Source: a virus
Virus record (IMG/VR): IMGVR_UViG_3300028602_000031
Direction: 5' to 3' (one strand)
DNA length: 42,444 nucleotides
Made by a program: the position numbers and the translations under genes. The first letter of the stretch is position 1, and every line of letters starts with the position of its first letter. Shown here one piece after another: positions 26,634-36,450 of the stretch. Below the pieces are notes generated by a model, which was not told where the DNA came from, made no database searches, and saw only the letters and a program-made list of their open reading frames with translations.

Positions 26634-26684
26634 AGTAGTAAACAGTTAACTATTTATACTTTGAGGTCGTATAGAGTAATTGTA
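26634..26684 (+). repeat. Repeated promoter C
   Basis: AGTAAACAGTTAACTATTTATACTT...GTATAGAGTAATTGTA; near-identical to 28453-28500. Confidence 0.75.
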
Positions 26685-26729
26685 AGAGGCGTAAGTGCCT
26701 CAGAGTAAAAGTAAAAGGAGCTAAACAAA

Positions 26730-27332
26730 ATGACACAATACCCTGAACACGATGGACTTAACACTGCTGACGAAATTATTGAAGCACTGATCGACATTGC
26801 AGAAAAAGATAACACGACCTTTGAACAGGTTTGGCGAGATGGATACACTGAAAAACACAATGCTGAAGAAGTTACTGAACTCGTAAAACTCCACATACTG
26901 AAAAATGTAAAAACTGAAGACCTGGAAGAATATTACAATTGGGGATGCTGTGAAAAAGTTTGGATTATAGAGAAGGAAGACAGCAGGATTTCAATGAAGG
27001 ACGAGGACACGGAAGTACAGATAATAGCCGATGATGTTGATGACATGAATCCTTACATCAAAAAGCTGTTTCAGTGGGCTACAGCTGCATGGGATTATGA
27101 TGCAGTAGACAATTGGAATACCGAGGAATACGAATTATTAGAAACGAGTGAAGGCTATTACAAGGTACATGTACTCGGAAAAGATGACAAGCACGGACTT
27201 TTCTTAGGGAAATATACTGACAGTCCAGAACCACTCGAAGATTATGAAGACAGAGAGATCCATGTAAATGTTTATATGAAAATCTCAAAAGAAGAATTTA
27301 ATGAACTCTCTGAAAGCGAAGAGGAAGAATAA
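26730..27332 (+). CDS. Highly acidic hypothetical protein (N-terminal domain paralogous to 28552-28779)
   Basis: DEIIEAL..IA..D...E..W.DGYTE.H..EEV.E.VK..I..NVK.ED.EE.YNWG shared with the paralog. Confidence 0.7.
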   Translation: MTQYPEHDGLNTADEIIEALIDIAEKDNTTFEQVWRDGYTEKHNAEEVTELVKLHILKNVKTEDLEEYYNWGCCEKVWIIEKEDSRISMKDEDTEVQIIADDVDDMNPYIKKLFQWATAAWDYDAVDNWNTEEYELLETSEGYYKVHVLGKDDKHGLFLGKYTDSPEPLEDYEDREIHVNVYMKISKEEFNELSESEEEE

Positions 27333-27366
27333 TTCCTCTTTTTGCAGGAATTAAGGAGAGGGGAAA

Positions 27367-27672
27367 ATGGTAGAAATAATAGACAGTTCAGAACGCTTAA
27401 GAAGAGAATCATACCACCATATTAACGAAATATTACAGCCTGATTTCCATCTGCAAACTGCCGGAACCGGAGCACATATTTACAGAGGACGAGCACCAAT
27501 GCTGTTTAATGAGCTAGTCGGACAGTGGGACAAACATGACGGCTATCCAGTGGGGGACATGTTTCTCTATTGGGACAATGTGCAAATAACCATTAGAGGC
27601 AGTCCTGAGTTATTTATGGATGTGGCTAGAAGATTGGAGGAACATTCTTTTAGAGTGAAAATTGAAGTTTAA
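27367..27672 (+). CDS. Hypothetical protein
   Basis: 101 aa ORF with GGAG SD. Confidence 0.6.
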   Translation: MVEIIDSSERLRRESYHHINEILQPDFHLQTAGTGAHIYRGRAPMLFNELVGQWDKHDGYPVGDMFLYWDNVQITIRGSPELFMDVARRLEEHSFRVKIEV

Positions 27673-27761
27673 GGAGAAATAACCATGATCTTAGTAGGCT
27701 GCAACTCAGATCTTAATGCTAACTTGAAAGGAAAATTCAGAACAGAGAAGGTAGAGTAACC

Positions 27762-28436
27762 ATGACAGAGATAAAAACAGATGACGGTAAGCGTAAAACT
27801 TACAGAGGAATTATAAAACAGTTAAAGTCCCTGGCTGACGCAGAAGGGACAACTCAAAAATACTCCTATAATGGAGTCAATATTATCGTTGAGCCGAATA
27901 CCAGCATCCAGGACATTACCCTGGAATATTTCAAGGAACTGTATAAGCCTAGAACATGCCCTGTATGCGGAGAAAAGTTTACGCCATCAAAGGAGATGAG
28001 ACGTAAAAACTACTGTTCAGTAACCTGCTCTACGGCAGGCAGGATAAAAAACAATAATGACCCTGAAATTCAGAGAAAAAAGAGAATTGCTAGTTTTGTG
28101 AATTCCCTTGTCACTCTGAAAATTGTAGCAATTGCAGAGGGGACATTTAAAACATCTACCGATAACGGAAAAATAACAAGAAAATACGTAAATGCGAAAG
28201 GAGTCTCAAAATACAGGAGTCCACTTACAAAATATTACCTGGTAAATACGGAGAAAAGAGCAGATAAAACAGACATTGAGGGATTTTTAGAGGAATTGCC
28301 TGATCTCCAGATAAGGGATGTTCCAACGTTGCGGAAAGGCGGGACACATGATACTGGAATACATATTTCTATGAAAATGAAAACTGATATCGAGGATGCA
28401 GGATATTATTATGTAATTGTAGCAGAAGAGGAGTGA
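27762..28436 (+). CDS. Hypothetical protein with treble-clef-like zinc finger
   Basis: RTCPVCGEKF...YCSVTCS. Confidence 0.6.
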   Translation: MTEIKTDDGKRKTYRGIIKQLKSLADAEGTTQKYSYNGVNIIVEPNTSIQDITLEYFKELYKPRTCPVCGEKFTPSKEMRRKNYCSVTCSTAGRIKNNNDPEIQRKKRIASFVNSLVTLKIVAIAEGTFKTSTDNGKITRKYVNAKGVSKYRSPLTKYYLVNTEKRADKTDIEGFLEELPDLQIRDVPTLRKGGTHDTGIHISMKMKTDIEDAGYYYVIVAEEE

Positions 28437-28452
28437 TCCTCTTTTATATGAT

Positions 28453-28500
28453 AGTAAACAGTTAATTATTTATACTTGTAGGTAGTATAGAGTAATTGTA
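28453..28500 (+). repeat. Repeated promoter D (copy of C)
   Basis: AGTAAACAGTTAATTATTTATACTT...GTATAGAGTAATTGTA. Confidence 0.75.
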
Positions 28501-28551
28501 CAACCTAAGAGAAAAACGATAACAAAATAACAAAATAAGGAGATAACCAAA

Positions 28552-28779
28552 ATGTATGACGAAGAACACCAAACCGATGAAATAATTATGGATGCACTGA
28601 CAAAAATAGCAAGAGAGGACGAGACCGATCTTGAAAAACTTTGGCAGGATGGATATACAGAAACACATTCTTCTGAAGAAGTTGAAGAAATGGTAAAAGC
28701 CTATATCCGTGAAAATGTAAAGCCAGAAGACATGGAAGAATTCTACAACTGGGGAATCGAAAAAATTTGGGTGGATTAA
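28552..28779 (+). CDS. Small acidic protein, paralog of the N-terminus of 26730-27332
   Basis: Direct visual alignment of the two translations. Confidence 0.7.
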   Translation: MYDEEHQTDEIIMDALTKIAREDETDLEKLWQDGYTETHSSEEVEEMVKAYIRENVKPEDMEEFYNWGIEKIWVD

Positions 28780-28900
28780 GAGGGGCTTTAAGCCTCTCAA
28801 AAATTAGGAGGGAATAAGAATGGATCGAAAAATCAGCAGAGAAGAAGCACAGAAAATTGCAGAAGAAAAGCCCTGACAGAAGAGAAAAGGAGATCCCAAA

Positions 28901-29134
28901 ATGGAATTCACACCAGAATACAAACAAACAATGCTTGACCAGATCAATACACTCAAGAAAATGCTTGATACTCTTGCAAAGGATATTAATGAAATTGAAA
29001 CCGGGAACTCGCTTGAATTCATTGCTCCGCTTATCCGAGCAGGAAGGGTCGAGACTGAGGCTAGATTGCTGTATAAAGAGCTTAAAGAATGGCATGACCT
29101 GGATGATAGTTTCGAGACTACAGGGGAATACTAA
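28901..29134 (+). CDS. Hypothetical protein
   Basis: 77 aa ORF with AGGAG SD. Confidence 0.6.
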   Translation: MEFTPEYKQTMLDQINTLKKMLDTLAKDINEIETGNSLEFIAPLIRAGRVETEARLLYKELKEWHDLDDSFETTGEY

Positions 29135-29231
29135 ATGCATTTCAAACCTATAAATTCAAAACGCAGAGAGCGTGAGATGGCTCTCTATCCAAAATGGCTT
29201 GAAGAACTAAGAAAGATCTTGAAGAGGAAAA

Positions 29232-29441
29232 ATGATTCATAAAGACTGTAATGATTGCGACGGTTCCTGTATTGGCTCTCTTTCCTGCGTGCCTGGAATG
29301 GCTGTATGCAGAGCTTGTCAAAAAGAAGGGTGTGTCCTCACTCTCGAAGAGTTTGAAAATCTAAGCGAGTGGTGCAGAGGGAAGAGAAGGCAAGCAGAAG
29401 AGGATTTGATAGCGTTTGAGCGACTTGTTTTTGGAGAATAA
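29232..29441 (+). CDS. Cys-rich hypothetical protein
   Basis: CNDCDGSC...CRAC...C. Confidence 0.5.
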   Translation: MIHKDCNDCDGSCIGSLSCVPGMAVCRACQKEGCVLTLEEFENLSEWCRGKRRQAEEDLIAFERLVFGE

Positions 29442-29443
29442 TT

Positions 29444-29986
29444 ATGGATATTGAAACACTTACAGCTTCGGAAATTAGTTTATCAGGAAACAAAAAGGCA
29501 TTTGAGAATATAGGAGTAGAAGTGCCTTTGAGGTATTACGCCTTTGAGAACCAGGGGAAGATAATTCAGAGAGGGGACACTTATCTCTATTTTGAAGAAA
29601 TCGGAGATCAGACAAATGGTTTCAGAGGTATAGAGGCAGATTTAAGTTTAGTTAAAGGGGAACATGGATATTTTTTATTAATGGATATATATATAGATGC
29701 GAATGGGGACTTCAAACGAGATGTTAAAAAGTTTGCCCCTCACGAATTCGAGAAAGCCTTTGCAGAATTTAAAGATACAATCTTGAAATACAAGGGATTT
29801 TTCGGTAACAACTGTTTAGATTATTATCAAATTGAAGTAATTTGCAATGGTCAGGATATGAACGATAATCAAAATGATAAGCGGCTACCTGAAAACAGAG
29901 CAAAGATCGAATATGGAAAGGTAAAGAAGATGTGGGAAAACTACCCAGGCGCAGAAGTCAAGTTAACAAAATTGGATTTGATATAA
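29444..29986 (+). CDS. Hypothetical protein
   Basis: 180 aa ORF with GGAG SD. Confidence 0.6.
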   Translation: MDIETLTASEISLSGNKKAFENIGVEVPLRYYAFENQGKIIQRGDTYLYFEEIGDQTNGFRGIEADLSLVKGEHGYFLLMDIYIDANGDFKRDVKKFAPHEFEKAFAEFKDTILKYKGFFGNNCLDYYQIEVICNGQDMNDNQNDKRLPENRAKIEYGKVKKMWENYPGAEVKLTKLDLI

Positions 29987-30087
29987 TTTTTCTTTTTTAT
30001 AATTTTACTATATTTCTAATGTAGGGAATTTTTAAATAGTAATACACATAATATTCAATATACACATCTAATTAGAAGAGGTAATAT

Positions 30088-30234
30088 ATGCCGAGAGTAA
30101 ATGTATATGTTCCGGAAGAACTTGACCAGAAAGTGAAAATGTATAACGCAGCTAACCCTTATTGTGAACTCAATGTAAGTAAGATCACGCAGGATGCGCT
30201 TAAACAGACATTAAAATCACTTGGATATTCATAA
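30088..30234 (+). CDS. Ribbon-helix-helix (CopG/Arc-like) regulator (not in ORF track)
   Basis: MPRVNVYVPEELDQKVK...LNVSKITQDAL; GAGGT SD; lies upstream of the replication genes. Confidence 0.7.
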   Translation: MPRVNVYVPEELDQKVKMYNAANPYCELNVSKITQDALKQTLKSLGYS

Positions 30235-30515
30235 CACCACACCACAAGAAAAACAGTAATTAAACCACCGAGTAGAGGCATACACCATGCAAGACTACAG
30301 TATCAACTTTTGTTTATATACTCACCAACTCATGTATGCTCAGGAGGCTTAAAATGTGGCTACTCCGAGCAGATACACGTATGATCCGGATGAAGAACCT
30401 GACCTGGATCAATACATCGATGCTGAAGCTTTTAGAAAGCATTGCTCTTTTTGTAGAGGGAAGAAACGTATACACCTGCCTCAAACATTCAGGAAAAACT
30501 AAGTGAGGGCGCAGT

Positions 30516-31652
30516 ATGGATGTGTATACTGATCCTGAAGAATTTAAGAAGTTTCACGAACTTCTTACAGCAGATGCGCCAACTGGTTATTTTCCTTATT
30601 ACTTCCCGCTAGACATCGGCGGTAAAGATCCACTTCCAAACAAAAGCTGGAAAAATAACAGGAAAACTTTCAGAGAAGCTTATAAACTAATGGAAAGAGG
30701 ATATAACATTGGGATCGCTGCAACAGATAAAGATCCTCTTGTAATTGTTGACATTGATGACAAATCGCAGGTTCCCAGTATAAAACAAACTCTTAAAATA
30801 AGCTCCAGAAAGAGAATCGGGGAGCATAACTTTTTTTTCACGGAAGATGAGCCAGGGAACGGCAGAACGGCAAAAAATAACATCCCCACGGAGAACGCAG
30901 GTGAGGTCAGGGCAAAGTGGCAGTACGTAGTGGCTTCCGGGTCTTTTGTTCGATGCACAGAAGAAGAGATATCGAGAATTCCCGACACAGATAAAAATAA
31001 CGCTGGCAGGTACTCTATACTGAAATCCGATGCGGTGACAACAATAACCTTCGCAGAGTTGCCGGACGTGTATAAAAATGCTGTATATAAAAAAGAGCAT
31101 GATGCAGACGCAAAGGCAGTGAGACAAGCAAGACGCCAAGAAAGAAATGCCCGGTTCTGCAACGAAAAATTAGAAACGAATCTGAAAAGTGCGTTATGGG
31201 ATTTAACAATTTACGATGTTACCGGAAAATCCGATGATCCGAATCACAAGTTTTGCTCTCCGTTCCACGATTCTAAAACATATAAAGATACCTCAATTGG
31301 TCATGGTGTAATGCACTGCTGGAGACATCTTGTATGTCACTCTGCGTTGACTTACTTAGCGGTTGAATGTGGGATTTCTACATGTAGCGGGGCAGGATAC
31401 CCGCACGGCGGCGGGTGCTCGGATGTAGATTTCGAAGACCCCTACACGGTATACTCTGTTTGGAAATACGCAAAAGAACGAGGTCTTATTCCTGACGGTG
31501 ATCCGATCCCTTACAAGGGACTCGTTTATTATGCGCTATCAAAGAAGATATGCACAAAGAAACAGTTAATTGATGGATGGAAGCTCCCTGGATATATATA
31601 CCACATTGCTATTTTAGCGGGATCGAGGGGGGGGATCAACTTTGGTCGTTGA
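30516..31652 (+). CDS. Bifunctional primase-polymerase (Prim-Pol) with C-terminal zinc-binding region
   Basis: GKDP...YNIGI...LVIVDID...GEHNFF...GEVR...YVV motifs; CSPFH...HCWRH. Confidence 0.8.
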   Translation: MDVYTDPEEFKKFHELLTADAPTGYFPYYFPLDIGGKDPLPNKSWKNNRKTFREAYKLMERGYNIGIAATDKDPLVIVDIDDKSQVPSIKQTLKISSRKRIGEHNFFFTEDEPGNGRTAKNNIPTENAGEVRAKWQYVVASGSFVRCTEEEISRIPDTDKNNAGRYSILKSDAVTTITFAELPDVYKNAVYKKEHDADAKAVRQARRQERNARFCNEKLETNLKSALWDLTIYDVTGKSDDPNHKFCSPFHDSKTYKDTSIGHGVMHCWRHLVCHSALTYLAVECGISTCSGAGYPHGGGCSDVDFEDPYTVYSVWKYAKERGLIPDGDPIPYKGLVYYALSKKICTKKQLIDGWKLPGYIYHIAILAGSRGGINFGR

Positions 31653-33393
31653 TATCTCACCATCGGGGAATTTTGTTACTTCAGATCACATAAAAAATCA
31701 TATAAAAAATAACCTGCTTGAACTTAGACAAGATGAAGCAGAAGACGAGATTTTAAAGATATGCGACAAGTCGAATATAAAAGGAGATGCAAAGAAATTA
31801 CTTCTCAGGTTTTATAAAGCAGAGAAAAAACAGCACGATACAGAAATAAAGAAAATTGAGCAGTCTTCGGAAGAAAAGCCCGATCTAAAAAGCATATACT
31901 CGGAAATCATAACGGCTGAAGACACGACAACTCAGTTAAAACAATTAAAAGAGCACATTTCATCTGATTGGATGGAAGTAAGAGAAGACGAAGCTCTCAT
32001 GTTTATAAAGGAAATATGCGAGGCATTCGGATTCGATCACGAAATAAAAGGAATATTAAAGAAATTTTATAAAGCTGAAAAAGCTTCTTATGAGGAAATT
32101 AAATCAAAACAGCCAGTGCAAGAGGAAGACGACCCCTTAAACATAGACTTTGATGAGCAGGACATAAGCCAGGAATTAAAGGATAAAGCCGACAAGATTG
32201 CAGAACGGATTCTGAAGCAGGGTGAACCAATTAAATACATATTAAACACGATAAAAAAGAAGCACGTCGGCGACGAAAACACCGAAGAGGGCATGTGTGT
32301 TTCTATTGCAGGTCAATGTTGTCTTAACACCGCAGGCATACAGATAGTTGTAAATGGTGAGAGTGGAAGTGGAAAAAGTGACGGCACAAAGAAGCACCTG
32401 CACTTAGTACCTCGGAAATGGAAGCGGTCTACAAGCCTTTCCGCGAAGGCTCTTTATTACATGGATCTGAAAGCAGGGATGTTAATTTTCTCAGATGATG
32501 TTAATATGGACCCAGAACTTGAAGAAGTTTTCAAGCAGTCTACAACAAATTACCAGGAATATACATTCAGAACCACCGTAAAAGACCAGGAAAGACATAC
32601 CATCTCGATCCCACCTAGAATTAATCTTTTCCTTACATGTGTTCGGTCTGACGTATCTGATCAGACTTTGAACAGGCAACTCGTATTTGAGACAGACGAT
32701 GGACCAGAGCAGAAAAGGAAAATATTCGAGTTGCAGAGAAAGCTAGAAGCAGATGGGATAAACCCTTTAGAAGTCACGTTTCGGGTACTCGTATGCAGGA
32801 GAATATATGCTAAACTCAAAGAAAATTTATTCAACGTGCGGATTCCATACGCTGACCGTATAGACATCCTAGACAAGAGCAATAGCCGTGTGTTTCCCCT
32901 GCTATGTGATATGATAAAAGGATATACGATTTTTAAATGGAAGCAGAGAAAAATAGACGAGAACGGAAACCTACTAGCTGAAATTGAAGATTTTGAGCGA
33001 GCAAAACGCCTGTTCAATTCCAGAGTAGAAAGCACTGTCACCAAGCTAACAAAAGTTGAGAATGCAATAATAATGGATATAATTGCTAACCAAGATAAAA
33101 ATAAAGGGATTGGCTGTAGTATAAACGAAATTGCGACACGTACCGGACTCAAATATCATAACGTAGACAGGGTAATAAAGGGAAGGAAGGACAGGGACGA
33201 CGGCGGGCTTCTTGCAAAAATGAAGGGATTCAAGAAAGAGGACATGACTGTTACCGAGTATTGCCGAGATGGAGACAGAGTAATGGAAACGAAAGGGCGC
33301 AAGTCCGAAAGATTCAGAATTGAAAATTGTAACATCTGGGAGATGTTTAACCAGGATTTTATTAATCTGTTGCCAGAAGAAGATAAAAAGTGA
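31642..33393 (+). CDS. Primase-associated P-loop NTPase/replicative helicase
   Basis: Walker A GESGSGKS, Walker B-like LIFSDD, C-terminal wHTH-like segment; overlaps the prim-pol gene. Confidence 0.7.
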   Translation: MVVDISPSGNFVTSDHIKNHIKNNLLELRQDEAEDEILKICDKSNIKGDAKKLLLRFYKAEKKQHDTEIKKIEQSSEEKPDLKSIYSEIITAEDTTTQLKQLKEHISSDWMEVREDEALMFIKEICEAFGFDHEIKGILKKFYKAEKASYEEIKSKQPVQEEDDPLNIDFDEQDISQELKDKADKIAERILKQGEPIKYILNTIKKKHVGDENTEEGMCVSIAGQCCLNTAGIQIVVNGESGSGKSDGTKKHLHLVPRKWKRSTSLSAKALYYMDLKAGMLIFSDDVNMDPELEEVFKQSTTNYQEYTFRTTVKDQERHTISIPPRINLFLTCVRSDVSDQTLNRQLVFETDDGPEQKRKIFELQRKLEADGINPLEVTFRVLVCRRIYAKLKENLFNVRIPYADRIDILDKSNSRVFPLLCDMIKGYTIFKWKQRKIDENGNLLAEIEDFERAKRLFNSRVESTVTKLTKVENAIIMDIIANQDKNKGIGCSINEIATRTGLKYHNVDRVIKGRKDRDDGGLLAKMKGFKKEDMTVTEYCRDGDRVMETKGRKSERFRIENCNIWEMFNQDFINLLPEEDKK

Positions 33394-33740
33394 TAGGAGA
33401 AATTATAATGGAATTTTTCAAAGAATTAGTAATTGCTTATGTTATGGTTGAGAAGAACTGTGATGATATGAAGTATGTACATACAAAACCTCTGATAAGC
33501 GGCAATTGCGCCGAATATGGGATGCAAGCGTTAGAAGACATCGACATATCAGAAAATGAACGTGTTTTAAGTGTTGTTCCTGCAACTTTCCCTACGTACT
33601 GCATAATGGCTTCGGACGAACAGACAGGAGAAATTTTTACATTAGGTTATGAGCATCCAGGCTTAGAACCGAATGATTGGAACGTTGCTTATGAACAAGC
33701 CATGAAGCATAAATCATACTATGGAATAAGGGAAAAATGA
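33390..33740 (+). CDS. Hypothetical protein
   Basis: 116 aa ORF coupled to the helicase gene. Confidence 0.55.
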   Translation: MIGEIIMEFFKELVIAYVMVEKNCDDMKYVHTKPLISGNCAEYGMQALEDIDISENERVLSVVPATFPTYCIMASDEQTGEIFTLGYEHPGLEPNDWNVAYEQAMKHKSYYGIREK

Positions 33741-33774
33741 CATTTTTTCGGTCTAAACATGGCAACCGATATTT

Positions 33775-34110
33775 TTTTACATTTTTTACCCACATTTACC
33801 CAATTCTACCCATTCTTTACACACGAAAACGGCATCGGGTGGATTTTTTACCCAAAATCCTGAGTTTGAGAGAAAAAATATTTTTTTCTAAAAAAAATTC
33901 TCTCTTTTTAAAAATTTAACTTTTTTCATTTTACTAATTTTTATTATGTTATTTTCTTATTTTTTCAAAAATTTCAATTACATTTTTTTTATTTGGGTAA
34001 ATAATTGTTTATTTTATTCCTTAATAGTGTCTACTGTATAGTATATGTATATAATATTATATGGGTAAAGAATGGGTAAATAACGGGTAAAAATTGGCAA
34101 ATAATGTAAA
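33775..34110. repeat. Candidate replication origin: inverted iteron arrays around an AT-rich core
   Basis: TTTACCCA-like units at 33785, 33795, 33805, 33816 and 33847; inverted TGGGTAAA-like units at 33994, 34062, 34073 and 34084. Confidence 0.6.
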
Positions 34111-34719
34111 TAATTATCAATAGACATCATGCAATAATTATTTATTATTATAGGTATTTAATAATAAGATGCATAACCACCGAGACACCACACAGCAGAC
34201 TCTTGTATTTTGGTCGAAAACAGGAACTCAAATACCTACTTTTGTTATAGTTGCAAATGCTGAAGGAATCATAAAAATAAATGAGGATGTTAGTATATAA
34301 ACGAACGGATTTTGAGTATTTAAAGTGTTAGAGGAAAAACGTTATCAGTTGGATAGTATCTTTATGATACTATGTGGAAATAGTTAATTTAGAAAGGTAT
34401 AGACTATACACTGTCTAAACTTATCTTTCCCGTTCTCTAGTAATTTCTAACTCTAACATGACTTTTAAGGCACTTTAGAAGCTCACTATTAAACTTTTAT
34501 AACGATTTGGTACGTTTACATAGACAAAAATAAAAACTTAACTACAGAGCTTAGATTATCTTTGGTGCTATTTCAAAATAATTTGAAATGACCGATTTAA
34601 CCTATATGAAAGTAATATACGATACACCAAATAGCAACCTTTATATATATGGTGTACTATATAGTATATTGTAGCAGGATAATGTTGTCCTGACTCAAAA
34701 GATCAAAAGAAAAAGGAGA

Positions 34720-35187
34720 TTGAAAACTATGGGACTTGACATGGATTTAATTAAACGTTATTACATTGGTGCAGAATATGAACATAACAAAATAACTGGT
34801 GTATGTGATATTTTTTCAAATGGAGAACGGCTAGATATTGATTTTAGGCATATACAGTACATCGAAACAGGTTGTATCTACTGGAGGAAGGCGAATATGA
34901 TCCATAAATGGTTCGTGGATCACTGTCAGGATGGGGAAGACGACTGTAAGCCTTATTATGTGAGTTCAAAACAGCTATGTGAGCTTCTTAATGCATGTCT
35001 AAATATAAAATCAAATCCTGAATTGGCAAGAGAGATTCTGCCTACTCAGGAAGGGTTCTTCTTTGGAGGAACAGACTACGATGAGGATTATTTTTCCGAC
35101 ATAGAAGACACGATAAAAAAACTGAGTATGCTTAATCTCATGGGAGAGGATTATAGTTTTGACTACTACTATCAGTCGTCTTGGTAA
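34720..35187 (+). CDS. Conserved phage hypothetical protein
   Basis: MGLDM...YWRKANMIHKWFV...LPTQEGFFFG...YYQSSW pattern of a widespread phage family; TTG start after AGGAG. Confidence 0.7.
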   Translation: MKTMGLDMDLIKRYYIGAEYEHNKITGVCDIFSNGERLDIDFRHIQYIETGCIYWRKANMIHKWFVDHCQDGEDDCKPYYVSSKQLCELLNACLNIKSNPELAREILPTQEGFFFGGTDYDEDYFSDIEDTIKKLSMLNLMGEDYSFDYYYQSSW

Positions 35188-35405
35188 GGTGTGTGATAGT
35201 GCCTAATCCAAAACAAGGACAGAAAAAGAAGGATGGCACAATAGCCACCCCTCGTCCTACTTGTCCTTTTCATCAGGAAGAAAAGGGAACCGTAATTATG
35301 GAAAGATTATGGAAAAACGGATACAATGCAAAAGGAACAAGAGTTAAGGTAGCTTGGGGATGGGGATGCCCTGAAAAGGGATGTACTTACGTGATAAAAG
35401 ACTAA
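35181..35405 (+). CDS. Small Cys-containing hypothetical protein
   Basis: CPFH...CPEKGC. Confidence 0.5.
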   Translation: MVRCVIVPNPKQGQKKKDGTIATPRPTCPFHQEEKGTVIMERLWKNGYNAKGTRVKVAWGWGCPEKGCTYVIKD

Positions 35406-35437
35406 ACACCACAAAACCACATCGAAGAGGTACAATA

Positions 35438-35761
35438 ATGCCAGACGAATACACCACCGAAGACATTTCTATAGACGATCACACTCAATTAAAAGAAAAA
35501 TTAACTGCTCTACATGAACAGAAACGTATCAGCGAAGCTGATCTACGCGCAAAAATCGATAAACAAAATAAACAGATTGATACTCTGTTGGAGCAACTAA
35601 ATAAAAGAATCCATCTCTCGAAGCAGAGCTTCTCCAATCTGAAGAGTGATGATCCTTCTATTGGTATGTGTCTAACTGATCAACAGAGAGGGCAGTGGGA
35701 CGGCAGGATAGAAGTATGGGAATATGCTCTACTAATAGCGAGAGAGGTATTCAAAGAATGA
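35438..35761 (+). CDS. Coiled-coil hypothetical protein
   Basis: ATG 35438 follows the CACCAC...GAGGT leader. Confidence 0.6.
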   Translation: MPDEYTTEDISIDDHTQLKEKLTALHEQKRISEADLRAKIDKQNKQIDTLLEQLNKRIHLSKQSFSNLKSDDPSIGMCLTDQQRGQWDGRIEVWEYALLIAREVFKE

Positions 35762-36336
35762 ACTCTACAAAGAGACTTATACTTTCACACATCAAAGAGC
35801 ATCCTGGCTCTTACGCAAGGCAAATATCTTATGATCTGAATCTGAAACGCTCGAATGTTCAGAGAATTGTAGCTGCATTACAGGCTCAAAACCTTGTATC
35901 TATGAAAACTGACCTGAAAGATGTCAGGAAAAAGCAGATCTACATCACAGAAGCAGGAGAACTGGCTCTTTCCAAAAAAACAGTTCTGTATACCTGCTCA
36001 AAATGTGGAAAATCAAAACAAAAATCTGAATTTTATGCGCACAGAAAGGTGTGCAAGGCGTGTATAAACCTTGAAAATATAAAATATTACCAAAAAAATA
36101 AAACAGAAATTAATAAAAAAGCTATCGAGAAACGGAAAAAAACTATAAAATCAAAGCGTTTGCCTGGACAAATAGAAAAAAGATGTCCTTTGTGCAACAA
36201 AAAAGTGTATCTGTATCCTGAAGATGAATCAGGAGAATGTCTCGCTTGCAAGAAAACATTCTTTGTATCTCATCTATTGAGCGATTCTACGAACCCGAAA
36301 AATATTGGAGGAGTGCGATTGTGGGCAGCAAGATAA
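35758..36336 (+). CDS. MarR-like winged-helix regulator with C-terminal zinc fingers
   Basis: ILSHIKEHPG...RQIS...RSNVQRIVAAL...DVRKKQIYITEAG; CSKC..CKAC and CPLC..CLAC. Confidence 0.7.
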   Translation: MNSTKRLILSHIKEHPGSYARQISYDLNLKRSNVQRIVAALQAQNLVSMKTDLKDVRKKQIYITEAGELALSKKTVLYTCSKCGKSKQKSEFYAHRKVCKACINLENIKYYQKNKTEINKKAIEKRKKTIKSKRLPGQIEKRCPLCNKKVYLYPEDESGECLACKKTFFVSHLLSDSTNPKNIGGVRLWAAR

Positions 36337-36450
36337 CAATTTCTTTATTTTTTTTAACAATAATATCTATTTTTATTTATTTGATTGAATGTTTCAAAAG
36401 AGAAAAATAGAAATATTTTTATAGAATATGGTTTAATTTTTTTTGAGGAA

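Noticed and set aside
34279-34365. Short frame with an internal TAG (MLVYKRTDFEYLKC*RKNV...)
   Set aside because: Only about 27 codons, poor SD spacing and no recognisable homology
34720-35187. Metabolic-enzyme label sometimes attached to this phage family
   Set aside because: No kinase or nucleotide-binding motifs in the 155 aa sequence; kept as hypothetical
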